The position numbers and the translations under genes were made by a program. Shown here piece by piece: positions 35,097 through 42,699 of a stretch of DNA of 43,437 nucleotides. Source of the stretch: a virus. The stretch is from IMG/VR virus record IMGVR_UViG_3300045988_053200, positions 1 to 43,437 of that record; one strand, given 5' to 3'. Numbering within the stretch: position 1 is the stretch's first letter; each line of letters opens with the position of its first letter. The notes beneath the pieces were generated by a model, which worked only from the letters and a program-made list of their open reading frames with translations, was not told the origin of the DNA and did no database searches.

Positions 35097-35112
35097 CAGG
35101 GAACCCGCCCGG
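35097..35112 (-). promoter_or_regulatory. Stem-loop H4, a weaker copy of the conserved motif.
   Basis: - strand GCGA-CCGGG-CGGGTT-CCCTG, with one mismatch in the stem. It is part of the 46/49 repeat with 818-866. Confidence 0.45.
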
Positions 35113-35119
35113 TCGCTGC

Positions 35120-35133
35120 GTTGAACTTTCAAC
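35120..35133. promoter_or_regulatory. Perfect 14-bp palindrome GTTGAAAGTTCAAC, copy B.
   Basis: Identical to 841-854 and at the same distance from the -7 box. Confidence 0.6.
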
Positions 35134-35137
35134 ACTG

Positions 35138-35168
35138 CAAAGATACGTATATTTTTTTTGATACCAAA
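35138..35168 (-). promoter_or_regulatory. Promoter B: -33 TTTG, 19-nt spacer, -7 TATCTTTG.
   Basis: + strand caaagata (35138-35145) is an exact TAnnTTTG match, and caaa is at 35165-35168. It lies directly downstream of a terminator. Confidence 0.65.
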
Positions 35169-35190
35169 TATTTTTCTTTTATTTTTCACA

Positions 35191-35230
35191 CAAAATAAAA
35201 ACCCGTAAATGCTTAATTGCAGTTACGGTT
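35191..35230 (-). terminator. Rho-independent terminator closing the replication/methylase operon.
   Basis: - strand AACCGTAA..TTACGGGTT (one bulge) followed by TTTTATTTT. It begins 8 nt after the stop at 35238. Confidence 0.6.
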
Positions 35231-35237
35231 TAGTACA

Positions 35238-35537
35238 TTACCATAATTTTAATTGTTGCGGATTATGCCTAATGTCTATCAAGTACAAATATTGTTGCGC
35301 TAAATACAACTCAATATTGTAAACGCAATGCGAAAAATTATTTCCTCCCTTTTCGTCTTTAAAACAAACTGTACCATTATTTACATTTCCAATTAGTACA
35401 ATATCATATACCCAACCACACAACCTTTTTAATGTTTTTGCATTATAAGATACTTTCCGGATATACTTTACACGTATTTCGTCGCCATCATTTAATATTA
35501 TTTTCGCATTTGGATAATGAATTATATTATTTCCCAT
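35238..35537 (-). CDS. Hypothetical protein (99 aa).
   Basis: The start was moved to ATG 35537. The stretch is visibly AT-rich. No motif recognised. Confidence 0.5.
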   Translation of the reverse strand: MGNNIIHYPNAKIILNDGDEIRVKYIRKVSYNAKTLKRLCGWVYDIVLIGNVNNGTVCFKDEKGGNNFSHCVYNIELYLAQQYLYLIDIRHNPQQLKLW

Positions 35538-35539
35538 AT

Positions 35540-35752
35540 TCAAAATAATTTCATCTGTTTGTCTGTAAGTTTAGCTACAATTGCATCAACTTCATGTTCC
35601 AACCGTTTACACGTCTCCAAAATTTCCGGGCGATGTTGTGCAAAATATCGCCTTTGATTATGTCGCATCTGTCGAACCAACTCGGCGAACTCTTCCAACG
35701 TTATTTCTCTCGGATTTTCGATTTGCGGGGCTTTTTCTTCTTCTGTGTACAT
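35540..35752 (-). CDS. Hypothetical helical protein (70 aa).
   Basis: ATG ORF (..LVRQMRHNQRRYFAQHRPEILETCKRLEHEVD..). Confidence 0.55.
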   Translation of the reverse strand: MYTEEEKAPQIENPREITLEEFAELVRQMRHNQRRYFAQHRPEILETCKRLEHEVDAIVAKLTDKQMKLF

Positions 35753-35787
35753 TTTATCTATTTTATAATTAAAATCGCCCTGCGGGG

Positions 35788-36342
35788 CTAAAATAAACTC
35801 TTACGAATACTATTTGGCAAATTCTCACGAACCCAATCCGGGTTGTTCTGCAAAATGTATCGTCCAAAGTGCATGATTAATGTTGCGTCTGCGTTCCATA
35901 ATGTCGGTTTCAATTCCGGGTATAATCTCCCGGAAATTTCCTTGTATCGGCGTTTTCGCTCGCTCTTTTCTTCCTTTTTGCGTGCTATTTTTGCCCGCAA
36001 CTTCAATTCGTTTTGCCACTTCATAGGGTGTACCATTACAAACGGAATATTACAAACTGAAATAATTGCTTTCAATTGTTCATAGTTTGCCATCATTTTT
36101 TGTATGCGGTACAATTTACCCATATTTACGCCATCGGCATCCGGCGTTATATCATCCGTGCGCACACTCAATTTTTCCAAAAATACAATTGGCGAACAAA
36201 TGGTTTTCAGATATTCCAAATAATTACGCAATTCTGTTAAATCCTTTGGCATTTTTATTGCTTTGATATTTTGGTTTGGTCGCCATGTTACAATACCCCC
36301 CATTGCGCCGGGGTCAATCCCAATAATGCAATCTATTTTCAT
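35788..36342 (-). CDS. RuvC-like Holliday junction resolvase.
   Basis: IGIDPGAMGG, FLEK and NADATL acidic motifs in RuvC order. The start was moved to ATG 36342. Confidence 0.7.
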   Translation of the reverse strand: MKIDCIIGIDPGAMGGIVTWRPNQNIKAIKMPKDLTELRNYLEYLKTICSPIVFLEKLSVRTDDITPDADGVNMGKLYRIQKMMANYEQLKAIISVCNIPFVMVHPMKWQNELKLRAKIARKKEEKSERKRRYKEISGRLYPELKPTLWNADATLIMHFGRYILQNNPDWVRENLPNSIRKSLF

Positions 36343-36343
36343 A

Positions 36344-36418
36344 TTAATCTTTATAACCACCAATTACTGTTAATGTTGCTATCACTCCAATTATATATGC
36401 TATAACTATATATTCCAT
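36344..36418 (-). CDS. 24-aa hydrophobic micro-ORF (tentative).
   Basis: Hand translation: MEYIVIAYIIGVIATLTVIGGYKD. It exactly fills the gap between the methylase fragment and the RuvC-like gene. Confidence 0.25.
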   Translation of the reverse strand: MEYIVIAYIIGVIATLTVIGGYKD

Positions 36419-36424
36419 CGTTAA

Positions 36425-37353
36425 TTATTTAAATAAGTTCTTAAATATAAAATATAACACATTCACAACAATAGAATTTCCTGCCATCTTATATTGCTGT
36501 GTTTTACTTATTCCGGAATTTTGAATTTTATTTATATTTTCATCAGAAACATCCATTAAACGAAAACATTCTTTTTCTGTCAGTTTTCTAATACGAAAAT
36601 ATTTATTATTAATAGGTTCATACAATAAATTATCTTTTTGAACTGTTGTTATTGTATTACTTGTTCCGTCTGTTCTTGGTTCTAATATAGTCATATTATG
36701 CCTACTCTCTTTAAAATCTCCATTTTCGTATGCTTTACGCATTTTCTTCCCGTATTCGGTTCGTTTAGGGGTTAAAACATTTGGTTCTAATGGTTCAATT
36801 ATATAATTATCATCTAATCTATCGTTTGGGTGTGTTAGAATTGTTTTTGCTATACAATCCCCATTTGTGGGCTTAAATGTAAATCCATTCCCTTTTTCTC
36901 TTTGTATCTGGTTTTTTCTTATAAATGACGACAAACAACGTTGGCTTAAATATTATGCAAATATGGCAAAAACTTTTTCTGTGTTAATGCTTTTACATTT
37001 TCCATTAATAGATATTTTGGGCGTTTTAATTCAATAGCCTTTTTACATTCCCATAAAAGCCCGCTTCTTGTTCCGCTTCCCTCTTCCAATCCTTTTTGTT
37101 GCCCTGCGCTTGATATGTCAGTACATGGAAAAGAATATGTAAACAAGTCAAAATCGGGAACATTTTCCCATTCTATTTTTTTTATATCGCCAAAATTTCT
37201 ATCCTTATATTGTGGATAAATTGCATTATGTGCCATTATCGCATATTTATCTATTTCCGACCATCCAACCAATTCATAATCAATTTTCATTCTATCTAAT
37301 GCCATACATTGACTATCATAACCGCTAAATGCTGTAAATACTTTTAATGTCAT
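36425..37353 (-). pseudogene. Disrupted DNA (cytosine-5) methyltransferase, split into a 135-aa N-terminal fragment and a 169-aa C-terminal fragment in the -1 frame.
   Basis: Fragment 1 (36946-37353) has motifs I FSGYDS, IV FPCTDIS and VI ENV. Fragment 2 (36425-36934) has motifs IX RKLTEKECFRLM and X YKMAGNSIVVNV but only a TTG start. No clean motif VIII (QxRxR) lies between them. Confidence 0.7.
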
Positions 37354-37355
37354 AT

Positions 37356-38279
37356 TCAAAACTTCATGTAGTTATCAACTTGCATTTCCTCGGCAATCAT
37401 CCGGTCAAATGCTTTTTTTATCTCTCGCTTACGGGCAATTTCAAATGCGGTAAATTCAATTTCCGGGCTTTTAATACCTTGGCGGCGAACGGTGTATGCT
37501 GTATATTTATTTTCTAAACCATTTGCCACACGCTGCATATATCGGCTAAATGCTTCTTTGCGTTCACTTTCTTTAACTTGTATATCATCAGCCAATCCGC
37601 ATTTTTTCAACCACTCATATACAAACATATCGTCCGTAATACTTAATATCAATCTTCCCGTATATTTATATTCCAAAAAAATATGCCTATTTCTGTTTTG
37701 CCTATATCTTTTTATATCATGGTTTTCCGTGTGCGACACTATATTGAGCATTGGCAATACATTATATGCTTTATATATAACTTCATTTTGCAACGCTTTG
37801 TAAGCATTTAATATTTTCGCAAAAAAAGCGAAATTAAATTGCTGATAATGTTTTTTATCGGGGTTTCCTTGGCTATCTCTCGGTAAATAATTATCCAATT
37901 CCCCGGTCATTGCCAATTCAAACGCCAACTTTATATCCGCCAACGTAAAATATGAATAATACCGTTTCAGTATATCAACCAATCGGGTTTGAATGTACGC
38001 CCAATCGTTTTTATTCTGCGGAATAATATAACCAACGTCCATTGTAATAAACCGGAACATTTGCGCCATCTTGCTTACCAAAACGCTGTCGTCCATTTCT
38101 GAAATTTGGGTTTTTGTTGACGCCGCAAATATATACTTTTCAACCGGGTTTAATGCTTTTGCAAGCTCCGGTAATTGTACCATTTTACGGCGAATCTCAA
38201 TTGCTTTTGTTCCGGGCTTTGGGTTGTATATTTCCAACGCCACATTTTGAACATTTGCTTTTTCCGGTAAATTTCCCAT
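37356..38279 (-). CDS. Hypothetical replication-module protein (307 aa).
   Basis: The start was moved to ATG 38279. Its position after the initiator-like gene is the only basis. No Walker motif. Confidence 0.55.
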   Translation of the reverse strand: MGNLPEKANVQNVALEIYNPKPGTKAIEIRRKMVQLPELAKALNPVEKYIFAASTKTQISEMDDSVLVSKMAQMFRFITMDVGYIIPQNKNDWAYIQTRLVDILKRYYSYFTLADIKLAFELAMTGELDNYLPRDSQGNPDKKHYQQFNFAFFAKILNAYKALQNEVIYKAYNVLPMLNIVSHTENHDIKRYRQNRNRHIFLEYKYTGRLILSITDDMFVYEWLKKCGLADDIQVKESERKEAFSRYMQRVANGLENKYTAYTVRRQGIKSPEIEFTAFEIARKREIKKAFDRMIAEEMQVDNYMKF

Positions 38280-38281
38280 AA

Positions 38282-39034
38282 TCAAAAATCATTATTTAAA
38301 AATTTGACTGCCTCCGATACGTTTATTTTAGATTTGCCTTGTTGGTATTCGGGTTTCAAATGTAATTTTCCTTTTTCCTTGTCGCCACGTATAAAATTAC
38401 GTGTTTGCGCAATCCAATCTTTTTGCATCCTGCCTTTGCTTGCGCTCCAATCGGCGACAGCATTATAATAATATAATATATCAACTTGTTCAAATTCCGG
38501 TTTATCAAAGCATTTTTCAAAATCCTCAAACTTTGCAAATCTGCTGTTTACAAACAAGCATTTATGAGGTTCTGTTGTTCCCCTTAATTTTTGCGGTTTT
38601 TCAGATTGTTGGCTTTCGTTGAAAAATCCCGGAAATTCATTTTCGGGTTTTATATTATTATTAATATTATTATTATTAATATTATAATCATGTAGTCCGT
38701 TTTCGGACTGATTAAAGTCCGTTTCGCCTCTATTCCATGTTTTACATTTTTCCGTAAATCTCAAAAACTTTGTTTTTCCAAATGAACTTAATTCAATAAA
38801 TCCCCTGTCGGCAAGTTCTTTAATGTTCTTATATACCCTTTTAGGTATTGAAAAAAGCAACGGGAAATCTTCCACCATCTTAACCTCGGAATATTGATAC
38901 CAAACTTTAGCATCAACAGTTATTGTCTTAGTCCATGTCGGCAATGTCATACACGCTGCAAGCGTTGTTGTTTGAACAATAGTAAGTTCATTTGCAACGG
39001 CAAATCTTTGGTCTATCAAAATATTATAAGTCAT
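38282..39034 (-). CDS. Winged-helix DNA-binding protein, replication initiator/organiser candidate.
   Basis: wHTH-like FSIPKRVYKNIKELADRGFIELSSFGK, an Asn-rich linker and a conserved-looking C-terminus YYYNAVADWSASKG..WIAQTRNFI. The start was moved to ATG 39034. Confidence 0.45.
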   Translation of the reverse strand: MTYNILIDQRFAVANELTIVQTTTLAACMTLPTWTKTITVDAKVWYQYSEVKMVEDFPLLFSIPKRVYKNIKELADRGFIELSSFGKTKFLRFTEKCKTWNRGETDFNQSENGLHDYNINNNNINNNIKPENEFPGFFNESQQSEKPQKLRGTTEPHKCLFVNSRFAKFEDFEKCFDKPEFEQVDILYYYNAVADWSASKGRMQKDWIAQTRNFIRGDKEKGKLHLKPEYQQGKSKINVSEAVKFLNNDF

Positions 39035-39089
39035 AATAAAAAAAGATAAAAGCCCCAATTAGAGCCGTTACACATCTAAAGGGGGCTTT
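39035..39089 (-). terminator. Long stem-loop plus U tract ending 1 nt before the ATG at 39034.
   Basis: - strand AAAGCCCC..(inner TTAGA/TCTAA)..GGGGCTTT followed by TATCTTTTTTTATT-ATG. Confidence 0.6.
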
Positions 39090-39092
39090 GTA

Positions 39093-39102
39093 GCTAATTA
39101 GC
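39093..39102. promoter_or_regulatory. Perfect 10-bp palindrome GCTAATTAGC within the leader.
   Basis: Read directly. It lies between the promoter-like box and the terminator. Confidence 0.35.
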
Positions 39103-39142
39103 AAATGTCTTTCAATCGGTAACGGTCGATTGTTTTACGCCA

Positions 39143-39174
39143 CAAATATAATACTTTATTTTTGTTCCACCAAC
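39143..39174 (-). promoter_or_regulatory. Promoter-like element D: -33 GTTG, 20-nt spacer, -7 TATATTTG.
   Basis: + strand caaatata (39143-39150) is an exact TAnnTTTG match. It sits right after the stop of ORF 39156-39884. Confidence 0.4.
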
Positions 39175-39884
39175 TTTATTGGCTTAAATGCGTCTTTTAT
39201 TTTGCGTAAATTTCCCTCGCTCTCGTTCGGAACAATAGAAACAACCGGATAACGTGAACGGTCGCCGGGCTTTTGCGAAACGGCAAATTGTACATTCATA
39301 TCCCAAACTATACCCTTAACAAATCCCCTTTGCTGCAACATTGCATCAAAGACATTACGTATGTTGGGGATAGTTGACGCCGTACCTTTTGTACTAAATT
39401 GCCAAACCCCGCCAACGCCACGAACCAAAGGGATAATGAAAGTTACGGTTAACGTTACAATCCATCCGTCGCCACCATTGCGGAAAGCACGATTTGGATG
39501 CTTTCCCGCAACCCCAGCCATCAAATCCGGATAATCCTTTGTGCTATATTGACAATATTGTTTGCCATTCCATACAAAGAACGTTTCCCCGTCGCCGTAT
39601 GCTATGCGTCGCCCGTCGTCATCCCGGTATTCGTACATTTCATTACAAACCTTTTCCGGGTCATCGTCCGGGAAAACAATCTGTATTGTTTGCGGTTTAT
39701 CGCCGTATGCTTTCGTAAACAATCCTGCATACTTTCCGGTTGGTATGAAATAATCAACGCTTTTTGGGTATTCTTTGCCGTTTGCCGACTTTTCCTTGTA
39801 CCCTACTTTGATAAACCCCACACGTGGCAAAACAACACGTTGTATGCCGGGGGTTGGTCTTTTTATGTTTATACGTCCTTTCAT
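39156..39884 (-). CDS. Hypothetical protein (242 aa) paired with the exonuclease.
   Basis: The start was moved to ATG 39884, 2 nt after the exonuclease stop. The N-terminus is RVVLPRVGFIKVGYKEKSANGKEYPKSVDYFIP. Function not recognised. Confidence 0.6.
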   Translation of the reverse strand: MKGRINIKRPTPGIQRVVLPRVGFIKVGYKEKSANGKEYPKSVDYFIPTGKYAGLFTKAYGDKPQTIQIVFPDDDPEKVCNEMYEYRDDDGRRIAYGDGETFFVWNGKQYCQYSTKDYPDLMAGVAGKHPNRAFRNGGDGWIVTLTVTFIIPLVRGVGGVWQFSTKGTASTIPNIRNVFDAMLQQRGFVKGIVWDMNVQFAVSQKPGDRSRYPVVSIVPNESEGNLRKIKDAFKPIKLVEQK

Positions 39885-39886
39885 AA

Positions 39887-41608
39887 TCAAATATCAATTT
39901 CAGTATTCAACAAATCTTTCTTTGTCACGGTTTCCGGCTTTTTAGGCTGTTTTTCTTCGATTTTAGCCGCTTTTTCTTTTTTTGGTGCAATTGTACGTTT
40001 TGCGGTTTTCTTTTCCTTGACGGGCTTGTTTTCCGCCGTTTTTGCCGTTTTTCGTGTGGTTCCCTTTACGGTCTTGGTTTTCTTTTCCTCCGGTTCCGGT
40101 TGTGGTTCGGGTTCCGGCTGTTGTTCCGGGGCATTTTCTATTTCATACGCTTTCATTCTCAATTTAAACGCTTGCAATTCTTTTCCCTGCAATCTTTCTG
40201 CTTCTGAAAATACGTTTATATCCTCCCACGTTTGCAACTCTGAAAAACTTTGATACGCCCCGGTAACTTTTACATAACCGTCAGCACATTTGTAAATATT
40301 GGTTGCTATGCTGTACCATCTGTGTTGGTCTAAATTCAAGCCCTTTTCAACCAATTCAACGCCGTTTACTTTTGCAATATCTGTTACTTCCCACAAAGAA
40401 TATGGGGCAACATCGTTTATTGTAACCTCAAATTCTGAACACGTCATTTGCTTTTTTTGTTCCGGTTCCGGTTTCAAATCATCAACGGTAACGGCTTTTT
40501 CCGGTTCCGGATTTTTCTTTTCCGCCGGGGCTTTGCTTTTAACAAGTTCCGCCAACGTCAGCGAAACAATATTGTGTGTCAAATCCGGTTCGTTATCCAA
40601 TGATATTTCCCCGGAAACCGCCGTAAATGTATTATCCCGTTTTTCGTCCTCAATTGCTGCCAACTCCAAAAGATACGGGATTTTCTTTGCGTTCGGGCTG
40701 TCGGTTTGGTCTTTCAAATTGTACGTCGGTTTCTTTCGCCAATCTTTCGGGCTGAAATTGAAAACACGGTCAATCGGAATATCCGGGAAATTTTCGTTCC
40801 ACATCATTTTGTACAAATGCAATTGTATCTCCGCTTCTTCGTAAAATCCTTTGCGCCCGCTTTTGAAATCCACAATTGCGTTTATATATTCTTTTGAACC
40901 GGGTTTTGATAACATCGTACACGGCAAATCAATCATTCCGGCGTAATTGTAAATGGGATGTACCAACGCAATTTCCACGGCTAACGGTTTAACGTCATAA
41001 TCCAAAACAAATTGCGCAAATGCCAATATATCCTTTTTGAAATCATCAGCGTAATAAATGAAATCAGCGGGCAATTTGTTGTTATCAATATAATCTTTCA
41101 ATTTGGCTTTCAGTCCGTCCAAATCGTAAACCCGGTTAATTATAAGTTCCTCAAATTGTGCGTGCATAAATGTACCATACGCCGCACGTTCTGATTTGTA
41201 TCTCTCTGCCTCGTCAATACCTTTTTCCGCAATCCATTTAATCAGAAATTCAGACTTTGGCATTGTCTGCGACAAAATGGTTGTAACCGACGGATAAAAT
41301 TCCGGAGTCCCGTTGTCGTCAAATTTGTAATAATAGCGGTGTCCTTTGCTGTTTAGCTGCCAAACCTTATACGGCGGTTCAATCAACGCACCATCAAAAA
41401 ACATTGCTGTCATTTCCTCAACTGTCATTCCCGGAACAATTTCAAATACCCCGGCGGGCTGTTCTATTTCAACCGCTTCTGATTCCGAAAAATTTTCGAC
41501 GGGAAATTGCCCCATCGCATCAGCCATTTTCTTTACTACATTTGTCACACCACCCATTGCTTTCATTAACTGTTCATTTGGTGTTTGTTTTCCTTTGTTC
41601 GCTCTCAT
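39887..41608 (-). CDS. PD-(D/E)XK (RecB/Cas4-like) exonuclease with an extra C-terminal domain and a K/E/P-rich tail.
   Basis: GTFMHAQFEE, GMIDLPC, IVDFKSGRK (D-x-K) and QLHLYKMM (QxxxY) in the N-terminal approximately 330 aa. These are followed by PEPE linkers, a domain of about 110 aa and a lysine-rich tail. Confidence 0.7.
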   Translation of the reverse strand: MRANKGKQTPNEQLMKAMGGVTNVVKKMADAMGQFPVENFSESEAVEIEQPAGVFEIVPGMTVEEMTAMFFDGALIEPPYKVWQLNSKGHRYYYKFDDNGTPEFYPSVTTILSQTMPKSEFLIKWIAEKGIDEAERYKSERAAYGTFMHAQFEELIINRVYDLDGLKAKLKDYIDNNKLPADFIYYADDFKKDILAFAQFVLDYDVKPLAVEIALVHPIYNYAGMIDLPCTMLSKPGSKEYINAIVDFKSGRKGFYEEAEIQLHLYKMMWNENFPDIPIDRVFNFSPKDWRKKPTYNLKDQTDSPNAKKIPYLLELAAIEDEKRDNTFTAVSGEISLDNEPDLTHNIVSLTLAELVKSKAPAEKKNPEPEKAVTVDDLKPEPEQKKQMTCSEFEVTINDVAPYSLWEVTDIAKVNGVELVEKGLNLDQHRWYSIATNIYKCADGYVKVTGAYQSFSELQTWEDINVFSEAERLQGKELQAFKLRMKAYEIENAPEQQPEPEPQPEPEEKKTKTVKGTTRKTAKTAENKPVKEKKTAKRTIAPKKEKAAKIEEKQPKKPETVTKKDLLNTEIDI

Positions 41609-41614
41609 ATTAAT

Positions 41615-41812
41615 TTATCTTAATTCGTCAAATAATATATAAACCATAACTCCGCACATTGCGGCAGTCAAAAAATGTAAATTATTCCAAAAACCCACGA
41701 TAAAACACGAAATACCCATAATTCCAAATAACCATGCAAAAAATTTATTTTGCCTTGTTTCTGAAAATAAGGCATCCAACATTTTTTCTAACTTGTCAAT
41801 AATTTTTTTCAT
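41615..41812 (-). CDS. Small membrane protein (65 aa).
   Basis: Two hydrophobic helices. ATG ORF 1 nt after the HTH gene. Confidence 0.5.
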   Translation of the reverse strand: MKKIIDKLEKMLDALFSETRQNKFFAWLFGIMGISCFIVGFWNNLHFLTAAMCGVMVYILFDELR

Positions 41813-41813
41813 T

Positions 41814-42044
41814 TTAATCCTCTAATCCAAACAAATAATCAGCGGAACAACCGCACATCTCACAAATTATTACTATCCATTCCGGGACAATCCTTTTGGT
41901 TGTCCCGTTGCAAAGATTTGTCATATTTACTTGCTGTGCGCTTTCGCTTGCACCCTCAAATAAACGGGCTGCAATATCCTTTTTCAATACCTTTTTTCCG
42001 TTTGCCTCTGAACGGGCGATTGCTTCATTTACTCTCAATTTCAT
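41814..42044 (-). CDS. XRE/Cro-type helix-turn-helix transcriptional regulator.
   Basis: KKDIAARLFEGASESAQQVNMTNLCNG..WIVIICEMCGCSADYLFGLED fits the HTH_3 pattern. It is the only HTH regulator recognised in the genome. Confidence 0.75.
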   Translation of the reverse strand: MKLRVNEAIARSEANGKKVLKKDIAARLFEGASESAQQVNMTNLCNGTTKRIVPEWIVIICEMCGCSADYLFGLED

Positions 42045-42063
42045 ATCTTTATTTTTTTAATGA

Positions 42064-42474
42064 TTAATCTTTATATCCACAATTGTTGCACTGCTTTTCC
42101 TCCCAAATCGGTTCATATTCATACGGGGTTAAATATCCATCGCCGCCGCAACATCTATATTCGCCGTCCACAACTTCCATTTCTCCGCCGCACTCCGGAC
42201 AATCGCCGCAACCCATTAAAACCAACGCCAAAAATGCGTCCAAATGTTTTGATTTTACAACCTTAATTCCGGTTTTTCTGATAATGTTTACAACATCAGA
42301 AACCAAAATGTCTTTATCAATGCAATCAAACACGTTGCAACCCCAACTTTCCGGTTCGTCATAAACCATTTCGTTTTTTACTAACTCGCTAACAATTATT
42401 TTGCCAATCTCTTTTTCTGTCTTTCCGGCTTCATTCGCCAAAAATGATAATTCATTGCTTTGTCTTACTATCAT
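42064..42474 (-). CDS. Hypothetical protein (136 aa) with a C-terminal zinc ribbon.
   Basis: CGDCPECGG..CCGG..CNNCG. It is the first ORF after promoter C. The start was moved to ATG 42474; the track start is GTG. Confidence 0.6.
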   Translation of the reverse strand: MIVRQSNELSFLANEAGKTEKEIGKIIVSELVKNEMVYDEPESWGCNVFDCIDKDILVSDVVNIIRKTGIKVVKSKHLDAFLALVLMGCGDCPECGGEMEVVDGEYRCCGGDGYLTPYEYEPIWEEKQCNNCGYKD

Positions 42475-42481
42475 AATATTT

Positions 42482-42498
42482 CGCACTATCCCCGTGCG
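42482..42498 (-). promoter_or_regulatory. 5-bp GC stem-loop 7 nt upstream of ATG 42474.
   Basis: - strand CGCAC-GGGGATA-GTGCG followed by AAATATT-ATG. Confidence 0.4.
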
Positions 42499-42516
42499 TG
42501 GGCTTTAAGTTTATTG

Positions 42517-42548
42517 CAAATGTACAAATATTTTTTTTAAATACCAAA
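42517..42548 (-). promoter_or_regulatory. Promoter C: -33 TTTG, 20-nt spacer, -7 TACATTTG.
   Basis: + strand caaatgta (42517-42524) and caaa (42545-42548). It shares the TTTTTGGTATTTAAAA upstream block with promoter A and lies directly after a terminator. Confidence 0.65.
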
Positions 42549-42654
42549 AATAATTACTTTTATTTTGATTTTATTTTTTGGTTACTTTTTGTTTTTTGAT
42601 ATAAACAATGTATTTTTGCATTACCGCATCAACCAATATCGCTCTCGGTTCTGC

Positions 42655-42694
42655 GTAAAAAACCCCGGCAACATATATTCCATGTTCCGGGGTT
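42655..42694 (-). terminator. Rho-independent terminator closing the immediate-early operon.
   Basis: - strand AACCCCGG-(AACAT..ATGTT)-CCGGGGTT followed by TTTTAC. It begins 6 nt after the stop at 42700. Confidence 0.8.
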
Positions 42695-42699
42695 ATTTC

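Noticed and set aside
36934-36946. Programmed ribosomal frameshifting to join the two C5-methyltransferase fragments.
   Set aside because: There is no slippery heptamer in the correct register at ..CATAATATTTAAGCC.., and there is no downstream stimulatory structure. The joined product would still lack a normal motif VII-VIII region, so gene decay or an indel is the simpler explanation.
39498-40253. Long + strand ORFs antisense to well-supported - strand genes. Examples are 39498-40253 (251 aa), 8831-9391, 9689-10216, 17304-17849, 33068-33697 and 40299-40844.
   Set aside because: Their translations are low-complexity and rich in Cys, Phe, Ser and Leu. They sit opposite genes with clear motifs (exonuclease, tape measure, scaffold, ATPase) and have no promoter or start context. 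They are typical shadow ORFs.
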